Part shown: piece by piece, positions 26,541-39,272 of the stretch
Numbering within the stretch: the first letter of the stretch is position 1
How the letters are laid out: each line of letters opens with the position of its first letter
DNA from: Octopus vulgaris
Taxonomy: Eukaryota
Reading direction: 5' to 3'
DNA: 64,000 bases
NCBI GenBank assembly: GCA_951406725.2
Contig: OX597822.1
Location: 115,568,001 to 115,632,000, forward strand
Notes under the pieces: model-generated
Told to the model about the DNA's origin: nothing
Seen by the model: only the letters and a program-made list of their open reading frames with translations
Database searches by the model: none
Position numbers and translations under genes: made by a program

Positions 26541-26617
<77 letters not shown>

Positions 26618-26619
<2 letters not shown>

Positions 26620-26820
26620 GGCGGCGAGCTGGCAGAATAATTAGCACACCGGACAAAATGTTTAGAGGTATTCCGTCTGGTTTTGCGTCCTGAGTTCAAG
26701 TGCTGCTGAGGTCGACTATATCTTTTTATCCTTTCAGGATCAATAAAATACTTACCAGTTGAGTACTGGAGTCGATATAATCGACTCAACCCTCATCCGA
26801 AGTTTCAGGCCTTGAGCCAG
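26618..26820 (+). mobile_element. SINE family B in (TAT)n
   Basis: Family head and body. Confidence 0.8.
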
Positions 26821-27326
26821 TAGTAGTAGTAGTAGTAGTAGTAGTATGAACACTACGATATAGGAGAAAGCAGTTATCGGTGAAACATGTCATCGATCTA
26901 ACATTTCTCTTTCATTTGCAATTATTGTATAAACACTTGGAGTAGAGAAGGCATGTCATTGATGAGATCGCGGATGGCGACGAAAGGGCATTGATAAATA
27001 TAATTGATTGATTGATTCATCGAATAATCGATTAGTTCGTTGATCAAATAGTTAACGAATTGATGGATAATAAAGAAGTGAAATGACCTTCCCTAGATAC
27101 AACATTTCGTTTCTAGTGACGAAAAAGGCATTATTATCTCCAAAGTCGCATTTGTATTAATTTGAAATGTGTGTAAGGAAATTGATGAACTATCCTCGGG
27201 ATATAGTATATGCACACCGCATAAATCTGGAACAAGCATTTGGATTGCTGGTCTTCATTTCCAAGTTTCGATCCCAGAATTTTCAATATTATACCGAGAT
27301 AACTGACTTTCATCTAGAGACTTAGT

Positions 27327-27446
27327 GCTTAATGAATAATATCACGTTGAAAGCACCGGTTCTCGTCCGATCACCGAAATTGAGCAACGTCGAGCCTAGT
27401 TAGTACTTAGATGGGTGACCGCTTGGGAAACCTAGGTGCTGTAAGC
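27327..27446 (+). rRNA. 5S rRNA-like copy (dispersed; probable pseudogene or SINE head)
   Basis: ATCACGTTGAAAGCACCGGTTCTCGTCCGATCACCGAA..GTTAGTACTTAGATGGGTGACCGCTTGGGAA..GGTGCTGTAAGC; 120 bp; GCTTA/TAAGC terminal helix; no T4 terminator. Confidence 0.85.
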
Positions 27447-27622
27447 GTCAGACGTTTGGCGCAGGAGTGGCTATGTGGTAAGTAGCTTGCTTACCAACTA
27501 CATGGTTCCGGGTTCCTTCCCACTGCGTGGCACCTTTGGCAAGTGTCTTCTACTATAGCCACGGGCCGACCAAAGCCTTGCGAGTGGATTTGGTAGACGG
27601 AAACTAAAAGAAGCCCGTTGTA

Positions 27623-27692
<70 letters not shown>

Positions 27693-27750
27693 TATATACA
27701 TATATATATATACATATATACATCTATACATATATATATGTGTATATATG

Positions 27751-27812
<62 letters not shown>

Positions 27813-27846
27813 TACATGTATACATATATAGATATGTGTATATATG

Positions 27847-27885
<39 letters not shown>

Positions 27886-27893
<8 letters not shown>

Positions 27894-29465
27894 ACCCATC
27901 ATAGCTGACCCTTCTAGTGAAACCCACCGTTTGAGCAACTTCCTCGACATATTACTCAAACCTTTTAAAAAATATGTGAAAAGCTTTATCAAGGATGACC
28001 TAGACATGCTGAACCACCTCCCGAAGACAGTAAAGGAAGGAACCCTGCTGGTATCTTTCGAGATGGTGAATCTATACACCAATATCCCACACGACTATGG
28101 TATAGAAGCAATTACATTCTGGCTAGAAAAATACCCAGAAGAGATCCCTGGATGCATTAACCACAGTTTTATAATTGAAGCACTCAAATTCATCCTGCTG
28201 AACAATTATTTCATGTTCGATACAACTTACTATCGACAAAAATGTGGAATTGCAATGGGACCCAGAGCTGCTGCAGTGATTGCAAACCTTGTAATGGGTT
28301 ACCTAGAACTTAAGTTATACCAATAATCACTAGAAAAATATGGCGCCTCTTTTAATTGCTATTTAAAGGAGAATTGGAAGAGGTATTTGGATGATTGCTT
28401 CATACTTTGGAAAGACAGCATGGATAAACTGCTTGATTTCAAAATAATGCTTAACAATATACATAGCAATATACAATTCACTATGGAACACAACAGTAAG
28501 CAACCCCCTTTTCTAGACATCTTAATTAAAATAGTTAACAACCACATAGAAACAGACATCTTTTATAAACCCACAGATTCTAAACAATACCTATTATTTA
28601 ACTCTTGCCACCCCAAACACATAAACATTAATATACCCTTTAATCTAGCGAAAAGAATCTGTACCATAGTTTCAGATACATATACTCGTGAACAAAGACT
28701 CCTTGAACTTAGATCAACACTAACTAAAAGACGTTACCCAATCTCATTAATAAATGAATGCATTAAAAGAGCTAAGGAAATAGATATACAAATGTTAAGG
28801 AAAACTAGCCGAAATACTAAACAAGACTTAAAAATACTCCCGTACATCTCCACACATAACCCTAGAAACAACGAAGCCTTCAACATCATCACCCAAAATC
28901 TTCCCATCCTCACAGCAGACAAAACAATGAACGAAATTTTAAGCTCATACAAAATTATAAAAAGCAAAAAGCAACCGAAGTCACTGAAAAAAATATTAAC
29001 CAGCGCGAGACTATATTCATTAACAACAGAGCCAAAAGTGAGAAAATGTGGTCGTACTAACTGTGGAACATGCCCCCACCTTCTGGAGGGTTCAGAATTT
29101 CCTTCAAACAAGGAGAAATATTTAAGATCAAATCAAATTTCACCTGCGCCTTAGAAAATCTAATCTATGTCATGACATGCATAGGATGTGGTAAACACTG
29201 TATTGGACAAACAGGAATTTCACTCCATCAAAGAACCACCATTCACAAAGAGCAAATCCGCCAACCACAATACAGACAGTTACAGCTTAGTGAACACATA
29301 GAAAGGTGTGCCAGGAATCTTAATCCTAATTTCCAAATCTTCCCCTTCTATCAATGTTCACATAACACCACAATGCAACAAAGGTTGAATAAAGAGGCAT
29401 TTTTCATCAATAAATATCTCCCCCAACTAAATATGAACACACAACTCAATGCAGAACACCACTAA
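27886..29465 (+). pseudogene. Penelope-like (Neptune-type) RT plus GIY-YIG ORF, 5'-truncated
   Basis: LRPII, NLYTNIP, GIAMG, RYLDDCF, PFLDI, YKPTD, SCHP, Cys linker CGRTNCGTC, NLIYVMTCIGCGKHCIGQT; in-frame stop at 28324-28326 and a frameshift near 29100. Confidence 0.92.
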
Positions 29466-29618
29466 CCCTTCAATTAAAACCACTAACCCCTATACACTCC
29501 TTACACCATCCACATTACAATTCTATATTTAAATCCAGAACTACTTACCTCCCTTACAAATAATCTTTTTTCTCAGGAACTATTAGACCTGACACCGTTT
29601 ATTAGCCGGTGTTTATTC

Positions 29619-29657
29619 AAAGCAATGAATAGCTTTGCGGAAACCATGGTATGCTTT
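29619..29657 (+). ncRNA. Decayed hammerhead in the PLE 3' pLTR
   Basis: AAAGCA-aTGAAtA-GCTTTGCG-GAAA-CCATGG-TA-TGCTTT; 6-bp stem I and palindromic stem III intact, two core substitutions. Confidence 0.55.
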
Positions 29658-30046
29658 GTTTTCTGACTTTATAATCATCTCATAATAATGACTTTTATGA
29701 CTTTTATTACTACCTCAGTCCATCTAAATGTATATATCTGTCGTTACTTGTCATAAAAAGCCTTTTCTTTTTTTATTTACAATGTGCATTTTCGTTGATT
29801 TTTCATATTTTCCCCGCAATAAAATATTTTATTTATTTAGCGGTTCGGTAAAAGAGACCGATAGAATAAGTACTAGGCTTACAAATAATAAGTCCAGGGG
29901 TCGATTTGCTCGACTAAAGGCGGTGCTCCAGCATGGCTGCAGTCAAAATGACTGAAACAAGTAAGAGGGTATATCAGTTGAACCTCGGTTTAAAAACTCC
30001 TATTTGCTGAATATTTGCAGAAAAATAATGTCGATATCAGTGAAAC

Positions 30047-30297
30047 CAGTGGTTCTCAACCATTCTTTCCCCTTTGGACCCCTTTGATTCCTATTTCCTT
30101 CTGATGGACCTTCCTACCATTTGTTGTTTTGAAAAGTCAGATTAATTTTTTATAATCACATATTATTTGGAATTGTATGAAGAAAAAATTGATTTTGAGT
30201 ATTGTGGAACTATAGCAAAATTATTGCACATAAATGTTAACAATAAAATCTCACATGGACCCCCAAGGGTTGTGTGGACTGCGGTTGTAAACCTTTG
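30047..30297. mobile_element. hAT-like MITE
   Basis: CAGTGGTTCTCAACC...GGTTGTAAACCTTTG; homologous to 44267-44599. Confidence 0.65.
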
Positions 30298-30790
30298 GGG
30301 ATCCAAATAATTATATAGGAATAATATAAAGTTTGATGTGTATTGCTAGATAGACGACCATCAACGAGAGGGGTTCTTAAAGAATGCATTTCTGAAGATG
30401 GAACATTCAGAAAACTCGTAAATATTGGGTCTCGTTCGTAAGGCATAGAAAGCGATGAGGGAGCAATGGTTTCTTCAAGTGTCTTTAAAATGAAATTGGA
30501 TTTGTTTTAACTATTTAAGAGAAAGTTCCTTCTGGTAACAACAGATGACTTTGAGTAAAGATTCAGATCAACAAGTTGCCAGTAGTTAGAATAAGCTTGT
30601 ATATGTGGTGTAACTTATCGAGAAGAAAGATCTACAAGGGTCAATGAATAGAATGTTCTTATAAGTATGAGGTGACCTATCAAGATTTAACGCTGACAAG
30701 CACTTTTGGAACTTATAAGGAATAAGCTAAGAATCGGACATTTAGTAAGGTAACGGAGTCAAAAATATCTTAGTAGCTGTGGGTATATGT

Positions 30791-31045
30791 GGAGGCGCGT
30801 GGCTTAGTGGTTTGGGTGTCAGCATTATGATCGTAAGATTGTGGTTTCGATTCCTGGACCGGGCAACGCGTTGTGTTCTTGAGCAAAACACTTCATTTCA
30901 CGTTGCTCCAGTCCACTCAGCTGGCAAAAATGAGTAAGGCTGCGATGGACTGGCGTCCCTTCCAGGTGGGGAATATATACGCCATTGAAACCGGGAAACC
31001 GGGCCCATGAACCTGGCTAGGGTTTAAAAGGGTGCATTTATTTTT
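30791..31045 (+). mobile_element. tRNA-derived SINE family C
   Basis: GGAGGCGCGTGGCTTAGTGG..GGTTTCGATTCC..TTGAGCAAAACACTTCATTTCACGTTGCTCCAG. Confidence 0.85.
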
Positions 31046-32365
31046 ATTTTATTGTGGGTGTATACGTATTGCCTGCGTTTGTGTGTGTGCAAGTGTGTAT
31101 CTGTTTATGCATTTGTTTATAAATGTGTGCGTGCGTGTGAGTGTGTGCGTACGTGTGTGTGTATGTGTGAGTGTGTGATTTTCAATATATCAGATGAGTA
31201 ACAAGCTTTTTAATGTGTATCTTATCTTTATTTTATATTCGAGTTGGGGAAATATTTGATTCGGAAGACGAAACTGCATCTTTGGTACAATTTTCGCTTT
31301 TGTAGTGCATCTGAAAAGTGATTTTGGATGACCGACCCAGTGAACAAACTTCAAAAACGGTTGATATGTAAACAGTGAGAAATTTTCTCTGATATCATTC
31401 ATTGGAAGACACAATCCCACCAACCGTCAATAAATCCACACATCTAAATAAATAAAAGCTGCAGATGTAAGCAGCGGCAGGAACACCGTGAAATTTACGC
31501 GTGATTCGTTTGTTTGAATTGATGAGTTCAACTTCACCAAACGGGCTAACCAGAAAGAAAAAAACAGAAGGTGGATTCGAACGATCTAATTTCATCGGTA
31601 CCTCAAAAGATTGATCTTTTATCGGGGGATACTTTTGATCATGCGAAGTAAAGGGTCGCAATTAATTGAGCAAAGAAAGAAAGGGACATGCAAAGTAACC
31701 ATAACAGATTATTGTTAGTTGTTATACCTAACGTGTTTAGAGACCATTCCAGTGTCAACAGTTTGTTGTCTATGAGCATCACTAATACAGTTTTCTTGTT
31801 TTCGTGTCTCTATTTCACCGCTTTGCAATCTCTGTCAACAATATGCGTTCTTTTATTTGTAGAGTGAACCCTGGTTAAACAAGATTCCGTTAAACACGAT
31901 ATCGGGTAAACCGGACCAAATCTAAGTAAAGCGAGTGACTGTTAGTGTTAACATTCGCTGTCATCTTTTAAGTGTCAGTAATGTAAAGGACGTATGCTCT
32001 GCGTGCGTTAAGGTGAGCGTTACACATCCACCAAAGATGCTAAGCGCATTCAGTAAAATGATTATGATCCAGAGTGTAAGCTCATTTTTCTGACTCACGC
32101 AATGAAATAGTGTGGTGATTGTTGTGAGACAGCATCGCATACCCCACAGGTCGTTGTATCAGTGCTGAATGGACGGTGGGACAGTGACAGGAGATAGAAG
32201 CACGGGAAAGCGAGCGACATTTCACCAAAATGTATTTTGTTTATTATTCAGTTTTTCATTCCCCTTTAGAAATATACTCTTTTCTAGCAGTCTTCCCAAC
32301 TAAACTCTTAAATTGCCTACTATTCGAACTCATTCGTCTCTTCCTGTTTATTTTATTTATTTATT

Positions 32366-32401
<36 letters not shown>

Positions 32402-32411
32402 TATTTATTTA

Positions 32412-32445
<34 letters not shown>

Positions 32446-32937
32446 ATATATATATATTTTGCTTCTGTCAATAATTACCTCGTTATTTATATAAAACTTA
32501 CTCCTTTTTATTCGCTTTCATCCTCCCTTCTATTAGGCACTACCTTTTTCTGGTGAGAATTTGTAAATATTTATTCGTTGAAAAACTATCAACAGAGACT
32601 AGTTTCGTTTAATTTAATTCTGTTCTTGCAGTATCAGGAAACAATCTGACTGTAATTTAATTTCAAATCTAATAAATACGCAATCGTAATATTTTAGGTA
32701 AGATCGCAAATCTAAAGATTTTTGTGAACATGTTTTGAGTAATACTAACGGCAGACTAGTATGTTCGGTAATGTTTCACTGTTACAAAAGCTCCATGCGC
32801 AACACAATTATATTGACCTGCAATTTTCATCGATATTTTAAGTGGTTTCTTTGCCTTGCTTTGAACTTTCAATTGCTTGAGGGAACCGTAGGCAGCGTGG
32901 TGATATAAGGGTGATATAAGGTGAGTAAAGGGTATTT

Positions 32938-33351
32938 GAATCTTTTCGGTTTGAACGGCAGTTTTTAAAAATAATTTTCACGTAACTAAACACTTTTAAA
33001 CTTCGTATACTGGTAGAATGTGTTTATAAAACATCTTTTTCTTTTGGCTTTATTGAGAAAATTCTATAGTTTGTAAGATATTTGTTGTTTTTTTCTTCAA
33101 TTTCAGCAATTTCAACCAATCAATGACGTCTATTGAGGTGAAAACATTCTGTGCCGTATGAATATGTCCCTGGTTTAAGAAACAGATTAGGTTTATTTAC
33201 ATTTCTGAAGAAAAAAGATACCCTTCCCCCCACCCCTAAACCTAACCCTAAAACAGATTGAAATGCAATAGATCGATACTAGGGTCATAATTATAGGTGA
33301 CAATTTCATATGTCACCGCTAAAAAAACTGCCGTTCAAATCGAAAAGATCC
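32938..33351. mobile_element. MITE with ~29-bp TIRs and 8-bp TSD
   Basis: GAATCTTTTCGGTTTGAACGGCAGTTTTT / AAAAACTGCCGTTCAAATCGAAAAGATCC; GGGTATTT on both flanks. Confidence 0.9.
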
Positions 33352-33599
33352 GGGTATTTTTAGACCTGTTGGTGCCCATCCCTCTCCGGGTGTCCTCTCC
33401 ATGTGTGTCTACGGCCTATCTCTTCCAGAGACGATCAGAAAGACAGAAAGAAAGAGAAGAATCAAGTCTAATATTGAAATGGTACTTTATTTCTCGAACC
33501 CGAAAGGTGAAAACATGGAGATGGCATTTGAACTCAGAACGTAGAGGACCGGAACGATCAATCGCGCAGTAATCTATCCTCCACAAAACGACTCAGTCG

Positions 33600-34250
33600 G
33601 TCGCCCGCTTCGTGACGTTGGAATCTGCAAGCGTTTTATGGGTCAGCAATAATTTGTTGAAGGATGTGAGAAGAAACGACGTCATATTAAATAGGTGTGA
33701 GAGGTTCACTGTGATATGCATAAAAGGGGAAACAAATGTATGGTCGAGGCAAATCCGAAACTCATAAGTTTTCAGAACTGAAACCTCCACGCCAAGTTCC
33801 CAGTTAAGTAAGGGACGTCTTTCGGTATTAAGTTGCACAAATGCAAACAATATGCACATTTTAAAGTTTATACAGAGTTAGCAAAAAGTAAGTGGTTAAG
33901 AATTCGGCACCTCTACGAGATTTGAAAGATATACTAAATGCAACTGCTACCTATGCGTTGTTATCATTTCAAGAGATCGTGATATAACATTCCTGTTTTC
34001 ATGGGTGGTTTTTCCTGCATTTCAGTCCTGCAGTACGCAAATACCAGGATGATATTTTCAAAAGTTTTCTGTTCATGGTGTGAAGACATTATTAATTGAG
34101 ACAACACACCTGTTCAAATAAGTGGTCACCAGCTTATCAGTAATGATGGGAAAAGGAGCATCTTGTTGTTACTCATTGTTACCTCGACAATCCAGCCAGT
34201 GAATCAAGATATAATCGTAGCCTTCAATAGATTATACTTGCGTTGTTTTA
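33600..34250 (+). pseudogene. Highly degraded pogo/Tigger transposase
   Basis: TSTIQPVNQDIIVAFNRLY (~34180-34240) resembles the pogo TSxIQPxDQGII motif; RLSVLSCTNA upstream. Confidence 0.55.
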
Positions 34251-34394
34251 CAAAGTGAAGTGCACGCTCAGTCGGCGGCGGCGCATGGCAATAGTTTGAC
34301 AGCATGCTGATTTCTACAGAATGGTGGTGGATGCGTAATAACATTTAAACTTCTTTTGAATATATGCGTGCCCACGTGTGTATATATATATGAT

Positions 34395-34465
34395 AATTAT
34401 TTGAGGGAATATTATTCCTAACTTACAGGGAAAAATTCAATTTAGAAATACTAAATCAAATTTCA

Positions 34466-34509
<44 letters not shown>

Positions 34510-34730
34510 TAGAAAAAAACACCTTTTATCAATTCAAAATGAGCAATTAAATTACACCATCTAGAAAATTACATATAATAGAAATATTAAAAATAAAATA
34601 ACAATAATATACCGAAGATTAAGTTTTTATAAGATTAAGAAATTTTAATATTTCTATTATATGTAATCTTCTAGATGGTGTAATTTAATTATTCATTTTG
34701 AATTGATAAAAGGTAGTTTTTTTTCTAATT

Positions 34731-34736
<6 letters not shown>
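34395..34736 (-). mobile_element. PLE-type inverted-repeat unit without a visible hammerhead
   Basis: Arms ~34501-34592 and 34643-34736; tail AGGGAATA..TTACAGGGAAAAA shared with 15897-15940; in (TA)n. Confidence 0.7.
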
Positions 34737-34789
<53 letters not shown>

Positions 34790-34804
34790 TGATATACTCG
34801 ACTT

Positions 34805-35165
34805 CATCGGTCACGAGTGACCATGGGTACATCTAAGAGGTTCCCTTCCGGAGTGCAAGTCTGGGCGAAAAGTCGCCTCCTCGGCGAACGCACAACCTAG
34901 GGTTGCTTTTTTATGGAAGACCAGTAGTCATCCATGCATACCGGCCTCCCCTCTCCACGCCACCGATGTTACCCAAGGGAAAGGCAAAGAGGCCGATACA
35001 GCTTGGCATCAGTGACGTCGCAGATCATTTCTAGAGCTGAGTGAACTGGAGCAACGTGAAATGAAGTGTCTTGCTCAAGAACACAACACGCAACCCGGTC
35101 CGGGAATCGAACTCACAACCTCACAATCGTAAACTCGACGCTCTAGCCACTGAACCATGCGCCTT
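34805..35165 (-). mobile_element. SINE family C (long variant)
   Basis: Homologous to 60962-61296. Confidence 0.85.
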
Positions 35166-35269
<104 letters not shown>

Positions 35270-35286
35270 GTATGTATATATGTATG

Positions 35287-35332
<46 letters not shown>

Positions 35333-35335
<3 letters not shown>

Positions 35336-36576
35336 GGTGCATAAGGTATTTCAGGACATACCTTTTTGGGCGGGTGGGAGGGCATTGCTGCACTTTTTGC
35401 TACCTCTGTATAATCCTTGTTTCGGAAAATAATAATGGCAGACCCTCAGCTTATTCAAGAAATGAAGAAGCGTGTTGTTGTTGACGTTATAAAGCCTGGA
35501 CATAGCAATTTAGAAATATCTCAATTTTGAAAAGTTGCCAGATGTTTCGTCTACAAAGTTTGTAAGGAGTTAGGGAATGAAGATGGAAACGTATCACCAG
35601 TATCAAAGAATAAAAAGCATTCTAAATGCTCGGAAATCATCAGAACACTTGAATTTATCCAGCAAATTCAACAGACCATTGATTACAATCCAAGAAAGTC
35701 CGTGAGGTCAATTGCAGAAGATCTCCGTGTGTCAGAAAGAACAGTCAGAAATGTTGTCCTCGAAGACACCATATATAAGTTTTATAAGACGAGGAAATGT
35801 CAATTTATTAGAAAAAGCAAAAGAAAATCACTACATCAGATCTAAAAGCTTCTTAAACAAACTCGAAAATCCAGCAGAAAAGATGTGATTTGGTTTTTCT
35901 CAAATGAGAAAAACTTAGTCCAAGACCAAAATGTTAACAGAAGAAATGATAGATGGTTATGTGCAGACCCTTCTGAAGTTCCAAGTGTTATGCATACAAA
36001 ATTTCCTGCAACTGTCATCGTTTTAGGGATTGTCAGCAATGAAGGACATGTATGCCTCCTTAGTTCGTTCCACAAGGCCTTCGAGTTAAATCTCTCGCCT
36101 AAAATAAGGTCCTGGAAACAATTGCTAAGCCCTGGATAGTGCATGCAATGGAAGGCCATATGTGTTTCAGTAAGACTGCACTATCACACATGGCTCTAGT
36201 AACACAGGAATGGATGGTTGAAAATTTTCACGATCACATAACCCCTAATTCCCCAGATCTCAATCCATTGGCCTATTACATGGGCGTTATTGAGGGAGAG
36301 GTCAATGAACACGCCTATTTCACCAAAGATTCTTTGAAAGCTGCCATACTCAGACTAATGTCCAAAATGAACCAGGACTACATTATTCAAGCATGTAGAG
36401 GATTTAGATCTCATATAGAAGCAGTTGTTGAAGCTGAAGGTGGATTTATTGAATAACATTTTAGAAAAGAAGGCTTATTTTTATCTTCATAGCATTTTTG
36501 ATAAATAAAGTTATCTGTTATTATATATGGTTTTTTTATAAACATAAATCTGTCCTCAAATATATTACACACCCTG
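35333..36576 (+). mobile_element. mariner-like (probably DD37D/maT) transposon, full span, pseudogenised
   Basis: TA-CAGGGTG...CACCCTG termini; IWFFSNEK..NRRNDRWL..HTKFPATVIVLG; PNSPDLNPLAYY; EAVVEAEGGFIE. Confidence 0.88.
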
Positions 36577-36814
36577 TGTATTTATATACATATACAAACA
36601 TGTGTGTGTGAGTGTGTGTCTCCCTCGCTCCTAGTTAGACAACCAGTGTTGCTTTGTTAAAGTCCTCGTAACTTAGCCGTTCGGTGAAAGAGACCGATAG
36701 AATAAGTACCAGACTCAAAAATAATAAGTGCAGAAGTCGATTTGTTTGAAAAACCCTTGAAGGTGGTGCCCCAGCATGGCCCCACTCCAGTGACTGAAAC
36801 AAATGAAAAAAAAA

Positions 36815-38345
36815 AGAACCACCTTATCAATCCTGTGTCAACCAAAATCGTTCATCATGAGTTCCATTATACTGGATACCATTGCCGGGCTACGATTGTT
36901 AAACCTCTCACATTTTACATCAACTATGTTGAGCAAAAGAAAAAAATGGCGTCTGCACTATCGGAAGTGGTCACTTGTTCAATGGAACAATGTCATCTTC
37001 TCTGATGAATCATAAATCACTCTTTTCCTTACTTAGGGCTTAGTGTATGTTTGAAAACGACTCAAAGAAGCCTTCAAACTTCCCTACCATGAAGCGTTCA
37101 GATAGTTCCGTAATGGTTAGAGCTGCCATATCATGAACTACTTTTCAAGGCGGAGTTAACGCCAAGGATTATCTGAGTAGTCTGGCTGATCCTATTCATC
37201 CTATGATACAAACATTGTTCCTTGATGGTAGCGCAATTTGCCAGGGTGTCGGTGATCCGATCCACACTACAAATGTTATTCAGAATTGGTACGAGGGGTA
37301 CGAAAGTGAAGTAGACCCTTCGGATTTGGATTAGTTGCCTCAATCACATGATCTCGATATAATCTAACATTTGTGGGGGTTTGGGGAGTATCAAGCGAGC
37401 AGCTGTTACCTCCGCCATCGTCACTGAAAGAGTTAAAGTAAATTTTACTTGAAGGCTAGTTAAAAATTACCCTAACAACAACTACAAACATTACTACTAC
37501 TGCTGCTGCTGCTGTTACTGCTGATACTACTACTACTGACACTACTACTAATACTACTACTACTACTACTTCGAGGAAATTGACTCGTATTAGTTTTGAA
37601 CGGTTGCATTTGTCGTCGTCATCGTCGTCGTCTTCATTGACGTTGCTGTTCTTTAGACCCAGTTCAGCTGTATTTGAAGAGACCAACAAACAAACGTATT
37701 TGCCCCTTGATAATTCCATCTTTTCTTTTTTTCCAGTGCTGTGTATCTAGGACTACACTTGCCAATGAGTTCTTCTACTTTTATGGCAGCAATTTTAAGC
37801 GAGTCGAGTGATGAAGAAGAAAAACCATAAAATAATCTTATATCTAAGGCTCATATAGTCATCTACTTAAAAGTGGATGACTGTATGAGCCTTAGATACT
37901 ATATGAACACCGACCATCTGCGTAGAATCATAATGAGTAGTTTGATGGATCCTATCTATCCTATGGTACAGACATTGTTCCTTGGTTGTAGCGCAATCTT
38001 CCAGGACGGTGGCGAGCTGTTTCAGAATTGGTACGAGGGGTACAAATGTGAAGTTGACCATTTGGATTTGGATAACGTCCCTCAATCGCAGGATCTCAAT
38101 GTAATCTAACATTTATAGGGCTTGGGGGGGGGCATCAAGTGAGAAGCTGTTTCCCTCTGCTAGCCATCGTCAAAGTAGATTTTACTTGAACTATGGTTCA
38201 AAATTGCCCTAACAACCGTTTAAGACTAACACGAGTCAATTCCTCGACATTTTAAGTCTGTGATTGATACCAAAGATGGAACAACGCTGTATTAAATACT
38301 AAGATGTCCATTTAACAAGGTGTTTACACTATTTTGTTCAAGTTT
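36815..38345 (+). mobile_element. Tc1 fragments (same family as 16329-17400) with internal duplication
   Basis: GYHCRA, WNNVIFSDES, MVQTLF..IFQD, PQSQDLNVI; ~37170-37480 repeated at ~37930-38215; end GTGTTTACACTATTTTGTTCAA resembles the 16329 TIR. Confidence 0.75.
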
Positions 38346-38384
38346 TGCGTATTACAAGAAACTTAATGTATTTGTAGTGATCCT

Positions 38385-38750
38385 ATACAACGGCGCGCGC
38401 TCGCGCACCGTCCATTTGTATTTCGCGCGTGCGGGGTTGGTGCTTTCACCACCGGAAGAAGAACCCTTTTGCCTACGTAGCAGTTAGCCGAGGCAAGGGG
38501 ATCGTAAGACGTTGACCACCAGCGTCCAGCAAGCAGCGACTTGAGACATGGCTATCGAAGGCAACGGTCACGTATATTTTCTCTCTGTCCGAATTTGATT
38601 CTAGCAGCAGTCGGCCGAAAGCTTTTAACCAAATTGTTGCCGACCACATCATCTTCCCTGTTCCGGACGCCATCTTTAACCCGTTCTGTTTTTAGCGGCT
38701 GAACATTGTAAATATTACAATCGATTAACTTTCAGCCTTGCGCGCCCAGA
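38385..38750 (-). promoter_or_regulatory. CpG-rich non-repetitive segment, candidate promoter/first exon
   Basis: Dense CpG/GCGC; TTTCGCGC (E2F-like); CCGGAA(G) (ETS-like); minus AAGATGGCG (YY1/Kozak) opening a 66-aa ORF at 38473-38673. Confidence 0.45.
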
Positions 38751-39218
38751 ACCAAGGATATTAGATATACCACTGATCTCTAACCATAAGAGAATAAAGT
38801 AGTTATATATATTTTACGTTTGCGTCTTGTTTGTTTCTGACGGGTAGAATTCTGGATTATTAAAGCAACGGAAAGTGATTGCTTCTCGCACCCCCAAAAG
38901 GTCCAGAGAAGATATTCACACACACACTAAGTTCGTTACATATTTTTCTGTTTGGAACACCTCAAAGTATAAGTGCGGGTGAACTTCAGTACATCATTTC
39001 CTTTTGAAAGTATTGTTGTTCCCATAATACACTCACACACATACACATATACTCAAACACACACACACACAAACACATATACACATATGTACGTGTGTAT
39101 ATACATACATTGTATATGAAATTATATCCTAAGCTATTTTTACTAAAACGACTTACAACGTATTTAGTATAGATTGATTGATAGCGTATTCGGGCAGACA
39201 ATCAAAAATTATAATTGC

Positions 39219-39272
<54 letters not shown>

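Larger units (their letters stand above)
27458..29968 (+). mobile_element. SINE family A split by a PLE (head 27458-27620, tail 29836-29968)
   Basis: Both halves match 19720-20115; the PLE sits in the internal (TA)n. Confidence 0.85.

Noticed and set aside
30386-30426. CTGAAGA-TGGA aca TTCA-GAAA..GTA hammerhead-like string
   Set aside because: Stems I and III do not pair, and it lies in what looks like a decayed LINE 3' end.
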